In this document: one piece after another, positions 42,435 through 51,760 of the stretch | Position numbering within the stretch: the stretch's first letter is position 1 | Layout of the letters: each line of letters opens with the position of its first letter | NCBI GenBank assembly: GCA_033763315.1 | Contig: JANRKS010000034.1 | Location: 64,001-128,000, forward strand | Reading direction: 5' to 3' | Origin: Deltaproteobacteria bacterium | Lineage (GTDB): Bacteria > Myxococcota_A > Polyangia > Fen-1088 | DNA: 64,000 bases | Notes under the pieces: generated by a model | Databases searched by the model: none | The model's input: the letters and a program-made list of their open reading frames with translations, nothing else | What the model was told of the DNA's origin: nothing | Made by a program: the position numbers and the translations under genes

Positions 42435-43793
42435 CTATTTCACTCCCGGCGGGCGTTCGCCCACCGCAGTCTTGAGGTCTAAATAAGCCAACATCAGCGC
42501 ATACCGATCGCGCGAGCACGTCACTTCGGCCTCGAACAGATTGAGGTTCGCATCGGCCACTTCCAAGGAACGCACCAGGCCTTCACGATAAAGTTCAGCG
42601 GTTTCTTTGGCGTGTTTGGCGGCCACCTCACGCGCCTTTAGAGCTGCGGCCTGGGTGGCGCGCGCGCTTTCCAGCGCCAAGCGTGCTCGCCGCACATCAA
42701 GCGTCACGGTTCTGCGCAGCGCCGCTTGCGTGAGCGCTTGCGATTGCGCCACTGCATCTCGTTGATGGCTTTCTGCCCAGCGCACGCCGCCATCAAACAA
42801 GGCCCAACTCAACGTCGCGCCCGCTTGCCAATCGAACATCAAGCCCGTGAAGCCAGGTTCGTTGGTGTAACGGCCGAGCACATTGCCGGTGAGGCGCGGA
42901 ATGAAACGCAGCCGCGGCTCTTTGGCTGATTCCTGGCTGGCCAGCACAAGCTTATCCCCGGCCAAAACGTCGAGGCGCGCGCGTTGCCCTTGCTCCACCT
43001 GCTCTTGATCGGCTGGCAGCGGCTGGTTCGTTGCTGCAGAAATGAGCTCATGTGGCGGCACAAGCTCGCCTTTGACGTCGGTCACCAGCAGGTGCCCAAG
43101 CTCGGTGCGTGCAAGCGCGGACTGCCCCTTCGCCAACCACACCTCTCGCTCAGCGTTTGCGACTTCAAGTTGGCCGCGCGTTACATCGTTTGAGCTGACA
43201 AGACCGGCTTCAGCGCGCGCTTGGGCATCCGTGAGACGTTCTTTCGCAAAGTCCAAGCGTCGTTGAGCGGCGGTCTCGATCTCAAGCGCGGTGAGCACGT
43301 TCACGAAGGCGTCGGCGGTCTCGAACCCAATGAGGCGTCGTTGCTCAGCCGCAGAAAGCTCGGCGGCCTCGTGTTGCAGCCGAGCTTGACGGTAAAGCGG
43401 AATGGCCGAAGCCCAGAACAACGGCACGTTGAGCTGCGCATTACCTTGCAAAGCATTGAAACGTTGGGCCACCACTTGCCGGCCCTCCAACATACGAAAC
43501 GTCTCGCGCGGCCTGCGAATGTACGCGCCCGTGACGATCAACTCGGGAAAGAAAAACGCGCGGGCACGGTCCTGTAAGCCCTGGGCGGCGTTCGCATCGC
43601 TTTGACTTCGGGCGATGCGCTCGTCCCGCTGCATAGCCAAGCCGATGGCTTCTTCAATCGTTAGCGCCGCTGGGTTTTCTGCGCCAAGCGTGGGCCAAGC
43701 CACACCCATGGTGGTCGCCGCAAGCATGCCCGCCAAACACCAGGTTATGGATTTGCGGAAAGGACAGGTACGATTCTTGGCAACGGGCATCAT
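42435..43793 (-). CDS. TolC-family outer membrane efflux protein
   Basis: LTIEEAIGLA, two OEP repeats (FFPEL, FIPRL, LFDGG), YREGL; operonic with the adaptor and permease. Confidence 0.92.
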   Translation of the reverse strand: MMPVAKNRTCPFRKSITWCLAGMLAATTMGVAWPTLGAENPAALTIEEAIGLAMQRDERIARSQSDANAAQGLQDRARAFFFPELIVTGAYIRRPRETFRMLEGRQVVAQRFNALQGNAQLNVPLFWASAIPLYRQARLQHEAAELSAAEQRRLIGFETADAFVNVLTALEIETAAQRRLDFAKERLTDAQARAEAGLVSSNDVTRGQLEVANAEREVWLAKGQSALARTELGHLLVTDVKGELVPPHELISAATNQPLPADQEQVEQGQRARLDVLAGDKLVLASQESAKEPRLRFIPRLTGNVLGRYTNEPGFTGLMFDWQAGATLSWALFDGGVRWAESHQRDAVAQSQALTQAALRRTVTLDVRRARLALESARATQAAALKAREVAAKHAKETAELYREGLVRSLEVADANLNLFEAEVTCSRDRYALMLAYLDLKTAVGERPPGVK

Positions 43794-43920
43794 CGGCGGC
43801 GCTACAGACAGGCGTCGAGCGTAACCGATCGAATGCAGTGCGGCCCGATAGTGGGTAAGCCACCCGGGCTTTTTACGTGGCTTTTTCCGCAAGCGCGTGA
43901 CGGAAAGCACCTTACGGCCC

Positions 43921-44078
43921 CGAGCAGGTCGGCGGCCGCCTTACGTGCGGGCATTCCACGGAGATAAGCGTCGTTCGAAAAGCAGGGTCCCGGAGCAGGA
44001 GCTGGTTCCGTCCTCGTGGAGCCAACCCCTGTCCCGGGTGGTGAACGGGCCCTCGTTTCCCGTGCACCGTACCTTTTT
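43921..44078 (+). ncRNA. Candidate structured RNA of unknown family (three stem-loops ending in a U-tract)
   Basis: Stems found by eye at 43921-43977, 43989-44038 and 44040-44068, then TTTTT at 44074-44078; intergenic. Confidence 0.4.
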
Positions 44079-44364
44079 CAATTCACCAGACCACGCTCAG
44101 TCCTCTGTGCAATCGCCACCTCCCCATGTCCGTGTTGAGCATGTGAGCTTCGCCGCATCCCGCCCATCCCTCGCAGCCACTCACCAGCTGCATCTCATGT
44201 TTAAAGTTGTAGCGCGCGCATGGTTTCGCGAACCAGCGTTGCTCTGTTAAACCTTTTCGCTGTTCACGTAACACCGCTGTTTCGTGGCCTTCGGCGCGTG
44301 CATAAACCCAAGGCGGCGGCCGTCCTATCAAAGATCGGAAGGCTCCTTTACAATGGTCGGCAGC

Positions 44365-45057
44365 ATGAAAAACACTCGTTCATTTTCAGCAGTGGCACTG
44401 TTCTTAAGCTTGTCATCTGCGGGTTGTGTGGTTCGTGTAACCACATCAACGGGCACAGGCACACCGCCGCCTTCAAGCACGATGAAACCAGCGCCTGCAG
44501 CACCTGTAACGGCCGCAGGTGGCAGCCAGCCGGCGCCAGCGCGCACAGAAAATCGTGCCGCTCCTTCCACAGCGCCTGCGGCTACCGCTCCTGTGGCACG
44601 AACGCCATCGGCGCCCCCGACCACCACACCGGTTGCAGCTCCTGCCCCCGAAGTTCCACAGGGTTCAGCGCCGGTCGCGGGGCGATCTCGTCAAGCGCCT
44701 GAGGCTGTGCCGGCCCCCGCTCCTTCACGCGGACGTGAGGCGCCACCGGCTGTCGCTCCCGTGGCCGCACCGGCTCCCACGCGGGGCCGCCCTGTGGCCG
44801 CCGCCGCTGCTGAGCCTGCAGGTAAGCCACCTACGGATGGTTCAATTGATCGCGCGCTGGAAAACAAAAACGCGCCTCCCGTCAACAAGGGCAAGGCGAA
44901 TGGCCAGCTACAACGGGAAAAGACAATTCCCGCACAACCCGCTCAACCAGCAGGTGCGGGACCAGCGCAACCAGCTGTGCCGGCACAACCCGCCAACAAA
45001 GGCACGGTACGCCCGCGCAAGATCTTGGACCCGGCTTCACCCACGCCGATAAAGTAA
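44365..45057 (+). CDS. Pro/Ala-rich disordered lipoprotein
   Basis: Signal peptide with lipobox SAGC, then low-complexity P/A/T sequence with PAQP repeats. Confidence 0.7.
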   Translation: MKNTRSFSAVALFLSLSSAGCVVRVTTSTGTGTPPPSSTMKPAPAAPVTAAGGSQPAPARTENRAAPSTAPAATAPVARTPSAPPTTTPVAAPAPEVPQGSAPVAGRSRQAPEAVPAPAPSRGREAPPAVAPVAAPAPTRGRPVAAAAAEPAGKPPTDGSIDRALENKNAPPVNKGKANGQLQREKTIPAQPAQPAGAGPAQPAVPAQPANKGTVRPRKILDPASPTPIK

Positions 45058-45083
45058 AGGCGGTGCCGTGTTAAACTCAATCA

Positions 45084-45665
45084 ATGGCTGATGCCGCTCG
45101 TCGCCGCGCCACGTATCAGGACGTCTTGAAAGCTCCTGCGCATATGGTCGCGGAGGTGGTCGATGGCGAACTGCACTTGCAGCCTCGGCCAGCGTTGATC
45201 CATGCCGCCGCTGCGTCAGCCTTGGGAGAAGAACTTGGACCGCCTTTCAAACGGGGCAAAGGCGGTCCGGGCGGTTGGATCCTGCTAGACGAACCTGAAC
45301 TTCATCTGGGAGCCGACATCGTTGTTCCGGACATGGGTGGGTGGCTCAAAACACGCCTGTCGGCCGTACCCGACGATGCTTATCTCATCCTTCGTCCGGA
45401 TTGGGTCGCGGAGGTGTTGAGCCCACGCACGGAACGATTCGATCGCATTACGAAACTTGCGGTTTATGCGCGTGAACAGGTGCCTTGGGTCTGGCTGGTC
45501 AACCCGCGTGAACGCATGCTGGAAATCTTGAACCTGGGCGTGGATGGCCGCTGGATCCTTGTTGGCACTTACAGCGGTGAAGAATTAATCCGCGCCCAGC
45601 CCTTCGACGCGATCGAGTTTGATCTTGCCGCGTTGTGGGCGGACGCAGCCCCTCTGGCGAAATAA
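45084..45665 (+). CDS. Uma2 (DUF820) family putative endonuclease
   Basis: ATYQDVL, AEVVDGEL, GGPGGWILLDEPELHL, VPD, PDWVAEVLSP, WLVNP. Confidence 0.93.
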   Translation: MADAARRRATYQDVLKAPAHMVAEVVDGELHLQPRPALIHAAAASALGEELGPPFKRGKGGPGGWILLDEPELHLGADIVVPDMGGWLKTRLSAVPDDAYLILRPDWVAEVLSPRTERFDRITKLAVYAREQVPWVWLVNPRERMLEILNLGVDGRWILVGTYSGEELIRAQPFDAIEFDLAALWADAAPLAK

Positions 45666-45693
45666 GCCGCTTTTGCAGGAGGCGGTCAGGGCT

Positions 45694-46392
45694 TCAAAAA
45701 ACGCTGGCCAAACGATCCAACTGATCGCTCGCGCCCTTAAGCCACACCTTCAAGCGCTGCCGATCCATGCGACTGAACGATTCACTGGCAAACGCTGGGT
45801 TGTGGGCGGCTGCCCAAAAGCTGGCGTCGTGTTGATCGATCTTCTGCATCACGGGTGCGTAGAGGGCGGGCAGATCCAGCACCACGGCGCCGCGGGCTTC
45901 GGCTTTGGCGCGTGCGCCTGTGCTTTCGAAGAGACCGAAGTCGCGGCCGCGGCCGTGGTTCTTCACGACCACAAAATTCGCGAGCGGGCCTTGGTTCGCG
46001 AGCAGTCGTTCGAGGGTGATCAGCGAGTCTTTGCCGTCATCAATGACATGCCAAAATACGACGCGCACTTGGCATTCATTCGCGAGCTCCAAGATCTGGG
46101 CATCGTTGATCCACGTTGTGAGGAAACGCTCGCTTTGCGCCGGCAGATCCACCAACACGCGCTGATCCTTGTCCGTTGCTGCAGCGACGATTTCATCGGC
46201 GCTTTCGAAGCGCGTAAGATCGATGGGCGTGGTGAATGAAGCGTAGTGGCGCAATAAAGCGCCGTGCGATCCGTCGGCATCGAACGCGACGAAGGGCAGG
46301 TTGTGGTCGATGCATCGCTGCGCCACAAGACGCGCGACAACGGATTTACCCACGCCACCTTTTTCTCCGCCGATAAAATGAATGGTACTCAT
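45694..46392 (-). CDS. ParA/MinD-superfamily P-loop NTPase (MobD-like)
   Basis: Deviant Walker A GGEKGGVGKS, FDAD, LVDLPAQ, VVKN. Confidence 0.8.
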   Translation of the reverse strand: MSTIHFIGGEKGGVGKSVVARLVAQRCIDHNLPFVAFDADGSHGALLRHYASFTTPIDLTRFESADEIVAAATDKDQRVLVDLPAQSERFLTTWINDAQILELANECQVRVVFWHVIDDGKDSLITLERLLANQGPLANFVVVKNHGRGRDFGLFESTGARAKAEARGAVVLDLPALYAPVMQKIDQHDASFWAAAHNPAFASESFSRMDRQRLKVWLKGASDQLDRLASVF

Positions 46393-46725
46393 GCGCCGCG
46401 CACCTTAGCCGACTTTGTGTTTCTAGGTTGGTAACTTATCGAAGAAGTTGGCGTCGCAGATTCGCTTCGCGAAATCGATGGCGGCAAAATCACGATGCCT
46501 TCTTCCGTGAGCCGTCGTCGTTCCCGGGTAAACCACGATGCGCAGTCCCAGTGCGTTCGAGGATTCGGCTTCGCTGCTTCCTTTGGCGGCGCGAACCATG
46601 CCGGCGGCGGAAGAATGCGTTGATATACCGCCGTAATTTTACGCTGTAAGATTTCCTACAGGCGCGCATGTCCAATAAGTTGTTGTAATCATTTGATTAC
46701 TGGCAGAACCCGCCTCTGCGGACGT

Positions 46726-47328
46726 TTATTGGTGGAGAACCAGAAGGGCACTATCGTGCGCCCCTGATCCCGTCGGAAGCGACGGGAGCTTCGGCTTCTT
46801 CAATTCGCAAGCGTCGTTTTTGATCACACCACCGCGTCGCTCGTACGCGAGCAACTCAGCGGTTGACAGCTCGATCTTCGCCTCGACCGTCTCGCACTGA
46901 TCGTTCGATTGAAACTCGGTGTAATGCACTTCAAAGGTGCGCCCGCGGATATGAGTCTCAGCAGGGCCCGGCTCGTCGGCGCCCCACTGTTCTGTGCAAT
47001 CTGTCGTAAGCAGAATCTGTGAGGACGGTCTAACTAACCAATACTCTCGTATGTGGCACGTCCCAGCAGGGGCCGTTGGGGGCGGCGGAACTGATATGTC
47101 CACCACTTTAAGGTCGACAGCGTCCGCTTTGCGTTCCCGCAGAATCGAACAGGAAACACGTCCGCGACAAAGGGTTCGTTGTAACAAGCCTATTCCGTCC
47201 AGCTTGGGCGGCGGAGACACCGCGGGCGAAGCATCCGCTGCCGGAGGGGCCGATATAGTCTTCGCTCGGCTGCTGTGGCAGCCGGCTGTGAAGACGCCGA
47301 GGATCAGACAAGCCGAGCGAAGGTACAT
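46726..47328 (-). CDS. Hypothetical lipoprotein, possible immunity protein
   Basis: ATG 47328 gives MYLRSACLILGVFTAGC (lipobox); start overlaps the CHAP gene 3' end by 25 nt. Confidence 0.7.
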   Translation of the reverse strand: MYLRSACLILGVFTAGCHSSRAKTISAPPAADASPAVSPPPKLDGIGLLQRTLCRGRVSCSILRERKADAVDLKVVDISVPPPPTAPAGTCHIREYWLVRPSSQILLTTDCTEQWGADEPGPAETHIRGRTFEVHYTEFQSNDQCETVEAKIELSTAELLAYERRGGVIKNDACELKKPKLPSLPTGSGAHDSALLVLHQ

Positions 47329-47783
47329 TTGGAGATCTTTTGCTTCTGGAGGGCATAAACGCCTTCTCGGCGGTTCTGGAAAGTGCTTCGGGCCCAAGTG
47401 TTACCTTCGACCGACGGGATCGTCCCTGTACTCGTTGGTGCGCCGGCGACGATTCCGACGTGACGATGTTCTAAGATTAGAACATCCCCAAGCTCGGGGA
47501 CCTCGACGATTTTCCGCTCCCTTGTTGCCCACAACTCGAACGCTCGCGCAGCGAAGATCTTGGGCATGGGATTCTTTGTGTAGCGACGAGCGGAAGCCTG
47601 CTCGAAGCACCAGAATACGAATTTGGCGCACCAGGCTTCCGCCATAACGCCGTTCGCCGACTTCTGGTATTCGTCGATGCGCTCGCCCCGATTATCGTTG
47701 TTAGTCTCGAATACCCCTTTCCGTACTTCCTCCAAAGCAATGTCTACGGCCAATTCGGCCAAAGTTTTTTGGGGCAAAGGCAT
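47304..47783 (-). CDS. CHAP-domain amidase/peptidase without signal peptide
   Basis: AWCAKFVFW (catalytic Cys), GDVLI, HVGIV (His), EGNT; GAGG RBS before ATG 47783. Confidence 0.85.
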   Translation of the reverse strand: MPLPQKTLAELAVDIALEEVRKGVFETNNDNRGERIDEYQKSANGVMAEAWCAKFVFWCFEQASARRYTKNPMPKIFAARAFELWATRERKIVEVPELGDVLILEHRHVGIVAGAPTSTGTIPSVEGNTWARSTFQNRREGVYALQKQKISKCTFARLV

Positions 47784-48123
47784 ATGGAACCTCGGGGGAT
47801 CTGGGTTTTCTTCAATCGTCGATAAGGTCGGTCCGGCTATCGCTGGCGCCACCACAGCCTCCTCCTTATCGGCTACGCGCGACAAGGAGTTGCTTGTTTT
47901 TTCAGGCCAGCGAAAGCCCATCTGCCCTGGGGCATCTAGTCCCACGTCAAACGGACTTTCCCCCACACAAACATGATGCGGCCAGCAGCTCTTCGTCGTG
48001 AGAATTTTCCGTAAGCCGCCGCCGCGCACCCCTGAAGCGCAGCAGCCCCATCCGCGAAAGGAACCCGCACAATTAGTCTTGACCGCCCGCTAAGCCCAAG
48101 CCTCACGCGCCTCTAAATTTCCA

Positions 48124-49350
48124 TCAATAAGGCAATCCGGGAATGTTTAGCTTGATCGAATACACAACTGTATCGCCGGCTGTGATCAGCAATGTCTTGT
48201 GGTCCGTACCACCGAAAGCTACGTTGGTTCCACTGCCAGCGAGACCCCCGATGGTCTTTACCGCCGCACCAGCGGCCGAGAAGATCTCAACCCCCGCGGA
48301 GGTGGCGACGTACACATTGCCGGCACAGTCTGCCGTCATGCCGTCGGGATAATTGCCAGCCGTCGTCGTTAGCTTTCCATCCTTCGTGACCGAGCCGTTG
48401 GCAGCCACCTTGTATTTCCAAACGTTCTTCTGATCGTCGGTGACGTAAAGGGTATTGCCATCGGGGCTCAAAGTTACACCATTGGGGCGTGATAGCGTGT
48501 CAACAGTTGTGACCATCTTTTGCGGATCAACTCGGTAGACCTTTTGACCTTGGCCTGGGCGAGCGTTCGGCTTTTGCCACTCCGGATCGCTGAAGTACAC
48601 GTTGCCGTCGGCGCGCACGGCTAAGTCATTGGGAGAGCCAAGCGGATTACCTCCGAGTCCAGTGATGTAATCGACCCGAGCTTTTGTTGCGGGATCGAAT
48701 GTGGCGAGGCCGCCCAGTGAGTGAAGCGCCGCAACTATTTTGCCGTCTTTCACCGCCAGACCGTTGCTACCGCTGGCTGCCACGAACACTTCAAAGTTGT
48801 TCGTCTCGGGGTTGTACTTCCATATCTTGGAAGATGCGTCTTTGCTCCAGTCTTGCATCGTCTTGCGTTGCAGGTCCGAGAAGAAGAACGCTTTCACTGA
48901 TTCGACCCAAACAGGGCCCTCGGTGCCTTCGAAGCCCGTGTCCTTCAGCTTCGTGGGAGTGGCGCCATCGGGAACAGGCGCCGGATACTGAGCACCAGCG
49001 GGGCACAAAAGCGTGGAGGGATTGGAGCCCGCGGAACCACCCGTGTTGCCTGCTGTACCGCCAGCGTTGCCGCCACCGCCGCTTCCCGCAGAATTTCCAG
49101 CAACGCCGCCGGATCCACCAGCAGCAGAGCCACCAGACCCGCCGCTGGCGCTTCCGCCTTTGCCTGCGCTGTTAGACCCTCCGTCTCCTTTGCTGCCGCC
49201 ACCCGATTGACCTGCCTGATCTCCGCCGCCTCCGTCTCCACCGGACCCGTCGTCGCTTTTGCTGCTTGAACAACTGCTGATGGCCCCGCAGGCGATCGCT
49301 AGTGACGAGAACAGGGCAACAGTAAGTCTCTTTGAGGGCTTAGAATTCAT
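48124..49350 (-). CDS. SMP-30/gluconolactonase family lipoprotein with Gly/Ser-rich linker
   Basis: Signal peptide with Cys, Gly-rich spacer, EGPVW, SNGL, PNDL, PNGVTLSPD, PDGM, TNVAFGG. Confidence 0.92.
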   Translation of the reverse strand: MNSKPSKRLTVALFSSLAIACGAISSCSSSKSDDGSGGDGGGGDQAGQSGGGSKGDGGSNSAGKGGSASGGSGGSAAGGSGGVAGNSAGSGGGGNAGGTAGNTGGSAGSNPSTLLCPAGAQYPAPVPDGATPTKLKDTGFEGTEGPVWVESVKAFFFSDLQRKTMQDWSKDASSKIWKYNPETNNFEVFVAASGSNGLAVKDGKIVAALHSLGGLATFDPATKARVDYITGLGGNPLGSPNDLAVRADGNVYFSDPEWQKPNARPGQGQKVYRVDPQKMVTTVDTLSRPNGVTLSPDGNTLYVTDDQKNVWKYKVAANGSVTKDGKLTTTAGNYPDGMTADCAGNVYVATSAGVEIFSAAGAAVKTIGGLAGSGTNVAFGGTDHKTLLITAGDTVVYSIKLNIPGLPY

Positions 49351-49688
49351 GATGCGCTCCGGGGCTGGCTGGTTGAAAAAACGTTCCAGTCTGAGGCGCT
49401 GTGGCGCCAAGGATGAACGAGAAGTCTCTTCTGCGAGGGAGGGTGAAGCAAGCGAATTGTCGCCTCCCAGACAAGCCCGGCAAGCAGGAAAAAGAGCTTG
49501 CTGCGGGACAGATGTTGGTTTCTCCCTGAATGGTCCGTCCCTGTTCACATAGGCGCATCTTCGGTTGGATATAGTTGTGTGCTGTGCAGAAATCCTTCGT
49601 TCTTGAACGACTGAGGCGAGCCGCCCGTAACCTCCCAACGCGCTTAGCTAGGGAACGATGTAAGTCACTTGAGTGTTGGCGACGAGTC

Positions 49689-50013
49689 TTAGAAGGTCAC
49701 GTTCGAGTCGTTCAAGAAGGGGCTAAACTCAAACACGTAGCGACGGTCTCCCGCGCTCACGGAAGCCGTGAGGTCTTTGCTGGTGAGGATGGCGGATTCC
49801 ACCACTGCCGACGCAGATAGAGTCCCCCCAAAAAACACGAAACCAGTCTTGGTTTGACTGACAATAGTGTCGCCTCTCGAGAGCAGCCGATTGTGGATAA
49901 GCAATAGCCATTCGACAAGACGGGTAAGTCTATGGAGCGGCATTATTTCCGACAGGCTTTCCTGGCCGGATCGCACTCAGGGCCGCCATCAAGGCGAAAG
50001 TGATTGCCCTCAT
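49689..50013 (-). pseudogene. Probable degraded gene for a secreted protein
   Basis: Signal-like start MRAITFALMAALSA hits TAG at 49930-49932; a protein-like C-terminal part lies in another frame (ORF 49689..49976). Confidence 0.3.
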
Positions 50014-50156
50014 CGTGTCGCAGATTGTTATCACAACCCTGGCCTGTCGAGGGCGCAGCCACTGCCATAGGCCCATTCCTCGTGCGTTGACCACCGCGGC
50101 GGCAGCTTTCTCGACTTGCACTTGAGCCCCCGGCTTGAGTCGCGGATAATCGGTGG

Positions 50157-50628
50157 ATGTCGTCGCTTCCGGCCGCATCGCATCCAGGCATGCCAGCCAC
50201 CTTCCTGGATTTGGAACGCGTGCCCGAAGGGTACAAGGGCGAGATCATTGCTGGGGTTCTTTACACGCAGCCGCGGCCACGCCCTGCGCATCAGGACGCC
50301 TTGGGGACACTGTTTGGCGACATCGATGGGCCTTTTCGGCGCGGCAAGGGCGGCCCTGGAGGATGGTGGATCTTGGTCGAGCCCGGCATCGCCCATCCCG
50401 AGGCCGCTGAATCTTCGCCGGACATGGCTGGCTGGCGCCGGGAACGCACGGCGCAGCTTCCGCCAGGGCCCGTTGAGGTGGTGCCGGACTGGATTTGCGA
50501 GAGCTTGTCGCCGTCCAACCGCCGCTACGATCTCTTGGTCAAAAAGCGCTTTTACGCAAAGATTGGCGTGCAGCACCTTCGACGCGATGGAGCTTGATAT
50601 CGCCGCTTGGTGGGCGGGAACGTCTTGA
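50157..50628 (+). pseudogene. Uma2 family paralog with internal deletion and frameshift
   Basis: Frame 1 reads Uma2 up to YAKIGVQHL; the C-terminal FDAMELDIAAWW follows immediately in another frame; about 37 codons present in the 45084 paralog are missing. Confidence 0.82.
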
Positions 50629-50748
50629 GGCTGGGAGTCACCTCGCCGTGCGTCGGCCCGCCATCACGCGCTTTTTACGGCACGCGTCTCACATCCATTG
50701 CAGGCTTCGCCGCCAAGCCTTACCCTTTTTGAGAAGCGATATCGCCTG

Positions 50749-51759
50749 ATGGAAAAACAAAAAACGACCATTTACGACATCGCCTACCGTGCCGGTGTTT
50801 CGCAAAGCACTGTGTCGCGGGTTTTAAGTGGCAACACCAAAGTTAGCGACGACAAGAAGGCCGCTGTGCTTGCCGCCGTCGAGGCGCTGGGCTACCGGCC
50901 CAATTTGTTTGCGCAGCGTTTGGCGTCGGGGGGCTCTTCCACCATCGGCATTTTGGCCACCAACACAGAAACGCCGTTTTTCACGCAGGTGATCCGCGGC
51001 ATTCAGGAAACGCTCGCGCCTTCACCTTATTTGCCACTCATCGTCAGCGTTCAGGGCTTCGGCGATCTCACCCGCGCCGTGGAGCTTCTGCGCGCCAGCT
51101 ACGTGGGCGGCGTGTGCGTTGTGGGGCAACCGCTTTCACCGGAACTGCTCGATGATCTGCAGCAGGATATTCCCGTATTCGCCGTGTGTCCTGATACACC
51201 GGGGCTTGAAGCGCAGTGCCTATTGGTTGATAACGAGGGCGGCGGGTACCGCGCAACGAAGCACCTTTTAGACCTCGGCCACCGCAAGATTGCGCACGTT
51301 TCGGGTCCTCCAAACCACGGCCACGCCATTGCTCGCCTCAAAGGCTATCGGCAGGCCATCGAGGAAGCGGGCATTGCTTTTGACGACAGCCTCGTGGCCT
51401 ACGGCACGTTTGTTGAGCAATCCGGAATCGACGCGTGCAATGAACTGCTGGCCCGCAAGCGTGATTTCACCGCCTTGTTCGCAGCCAACGACTGCATGGC
51501 ATTTGGGGCACAGGTGGCATTGTTTCGCCAAGGCTTGATGGTGCCCCAACATGTATCCCTTGTGGGCTTCGACGACACCCCCCAGGCGCAGTTCCGCACG
51601 CCTCCCCTAACCACCGTTCGCCAGCCCGCTGTGGAGATGGGCGCCGCCGTGGCTCGCCAAGTTTTGGCTGCATTAAGCGACGACGCTGAACCTCAGCAAA
51701 CGCCGTTCGATACGCCTTTGATCGTGCGCGAATCCACAGCGCCGTTACGGGCGGGATGA
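50749..51759 (+). CDS. LacI-family transcriptional regulator
   Basis: TIYDIAYRAGVSQSTVSRVL, LGYRPN, LGHRKIA, VSLVGFDD, PPLTTVRQP, LIVRES. Confidence 0.96.
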   Translation: MEKQKTTIYDIAYRAGVSQSTVSRVLSGNTKVSDDKKAAVLAAVEALGYRPNLFAQRLASGGSSTIGILATNTETPFFTQVIRGIQETLAPSPYLPLIVSVQGFGDLTRAVELLRASYVGGVCVVGQPLSPELLDDLQQDIPVFAVCPDTPGLEAQCLLVDNEGGGYRATKHLLDLGHRKIAHVSGPPNHGHAIARLKGYRQAIEEAGIAFDDSLVAYGTFVEQSGIDACNELLARKRDFTALFAANDCMAFGAQVALFRQGLMVPQHVSLVGFDDTPQAQFRTPPLTTVRQPAVEMGAAVARQVLAALSDDAEPQQTPFDTPLIVRESTAPLRAG

Positions 51760-51760
51760 A

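Noticed and set aside
43983-44050. CAGGGTCCCGGAGCAGGAGC as SRP RNA, or GGGTGGT as a T-box
   Set aside because: Lacks the exact SRP loop motif (CAGGTCCGGAAGGAAGCAG) and the T-box UGGNACC bulge; kept only as an unassigned RNA candidate.
43911-44072. Retron msr-msd
   Set aside because: Flanking inverted repeat is only 5 bp and there is no reverse transcriptase gene in the window.
46670-46705. AT-rich TAAGTTGTTGTAATCATT as a dif/att-like site
   Set aside because: No recognisable XerC/XerD arm pair and no matching direct repeat at the other island end.
47890-48010. Possible GFA-family remnant (ASCLCG...) upstream of the CHAP gene
   Set aside because: Needs two frameshifts and covers only about 20 codons; cannot be supported by eye.
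49625-49690. Integron attC site (CCAAC...GTTGG) in the island
   Set aside because: Too short, poor internal pairing, poor RYYYAAC/GTTRRRY match, not repeated, and no integrase.
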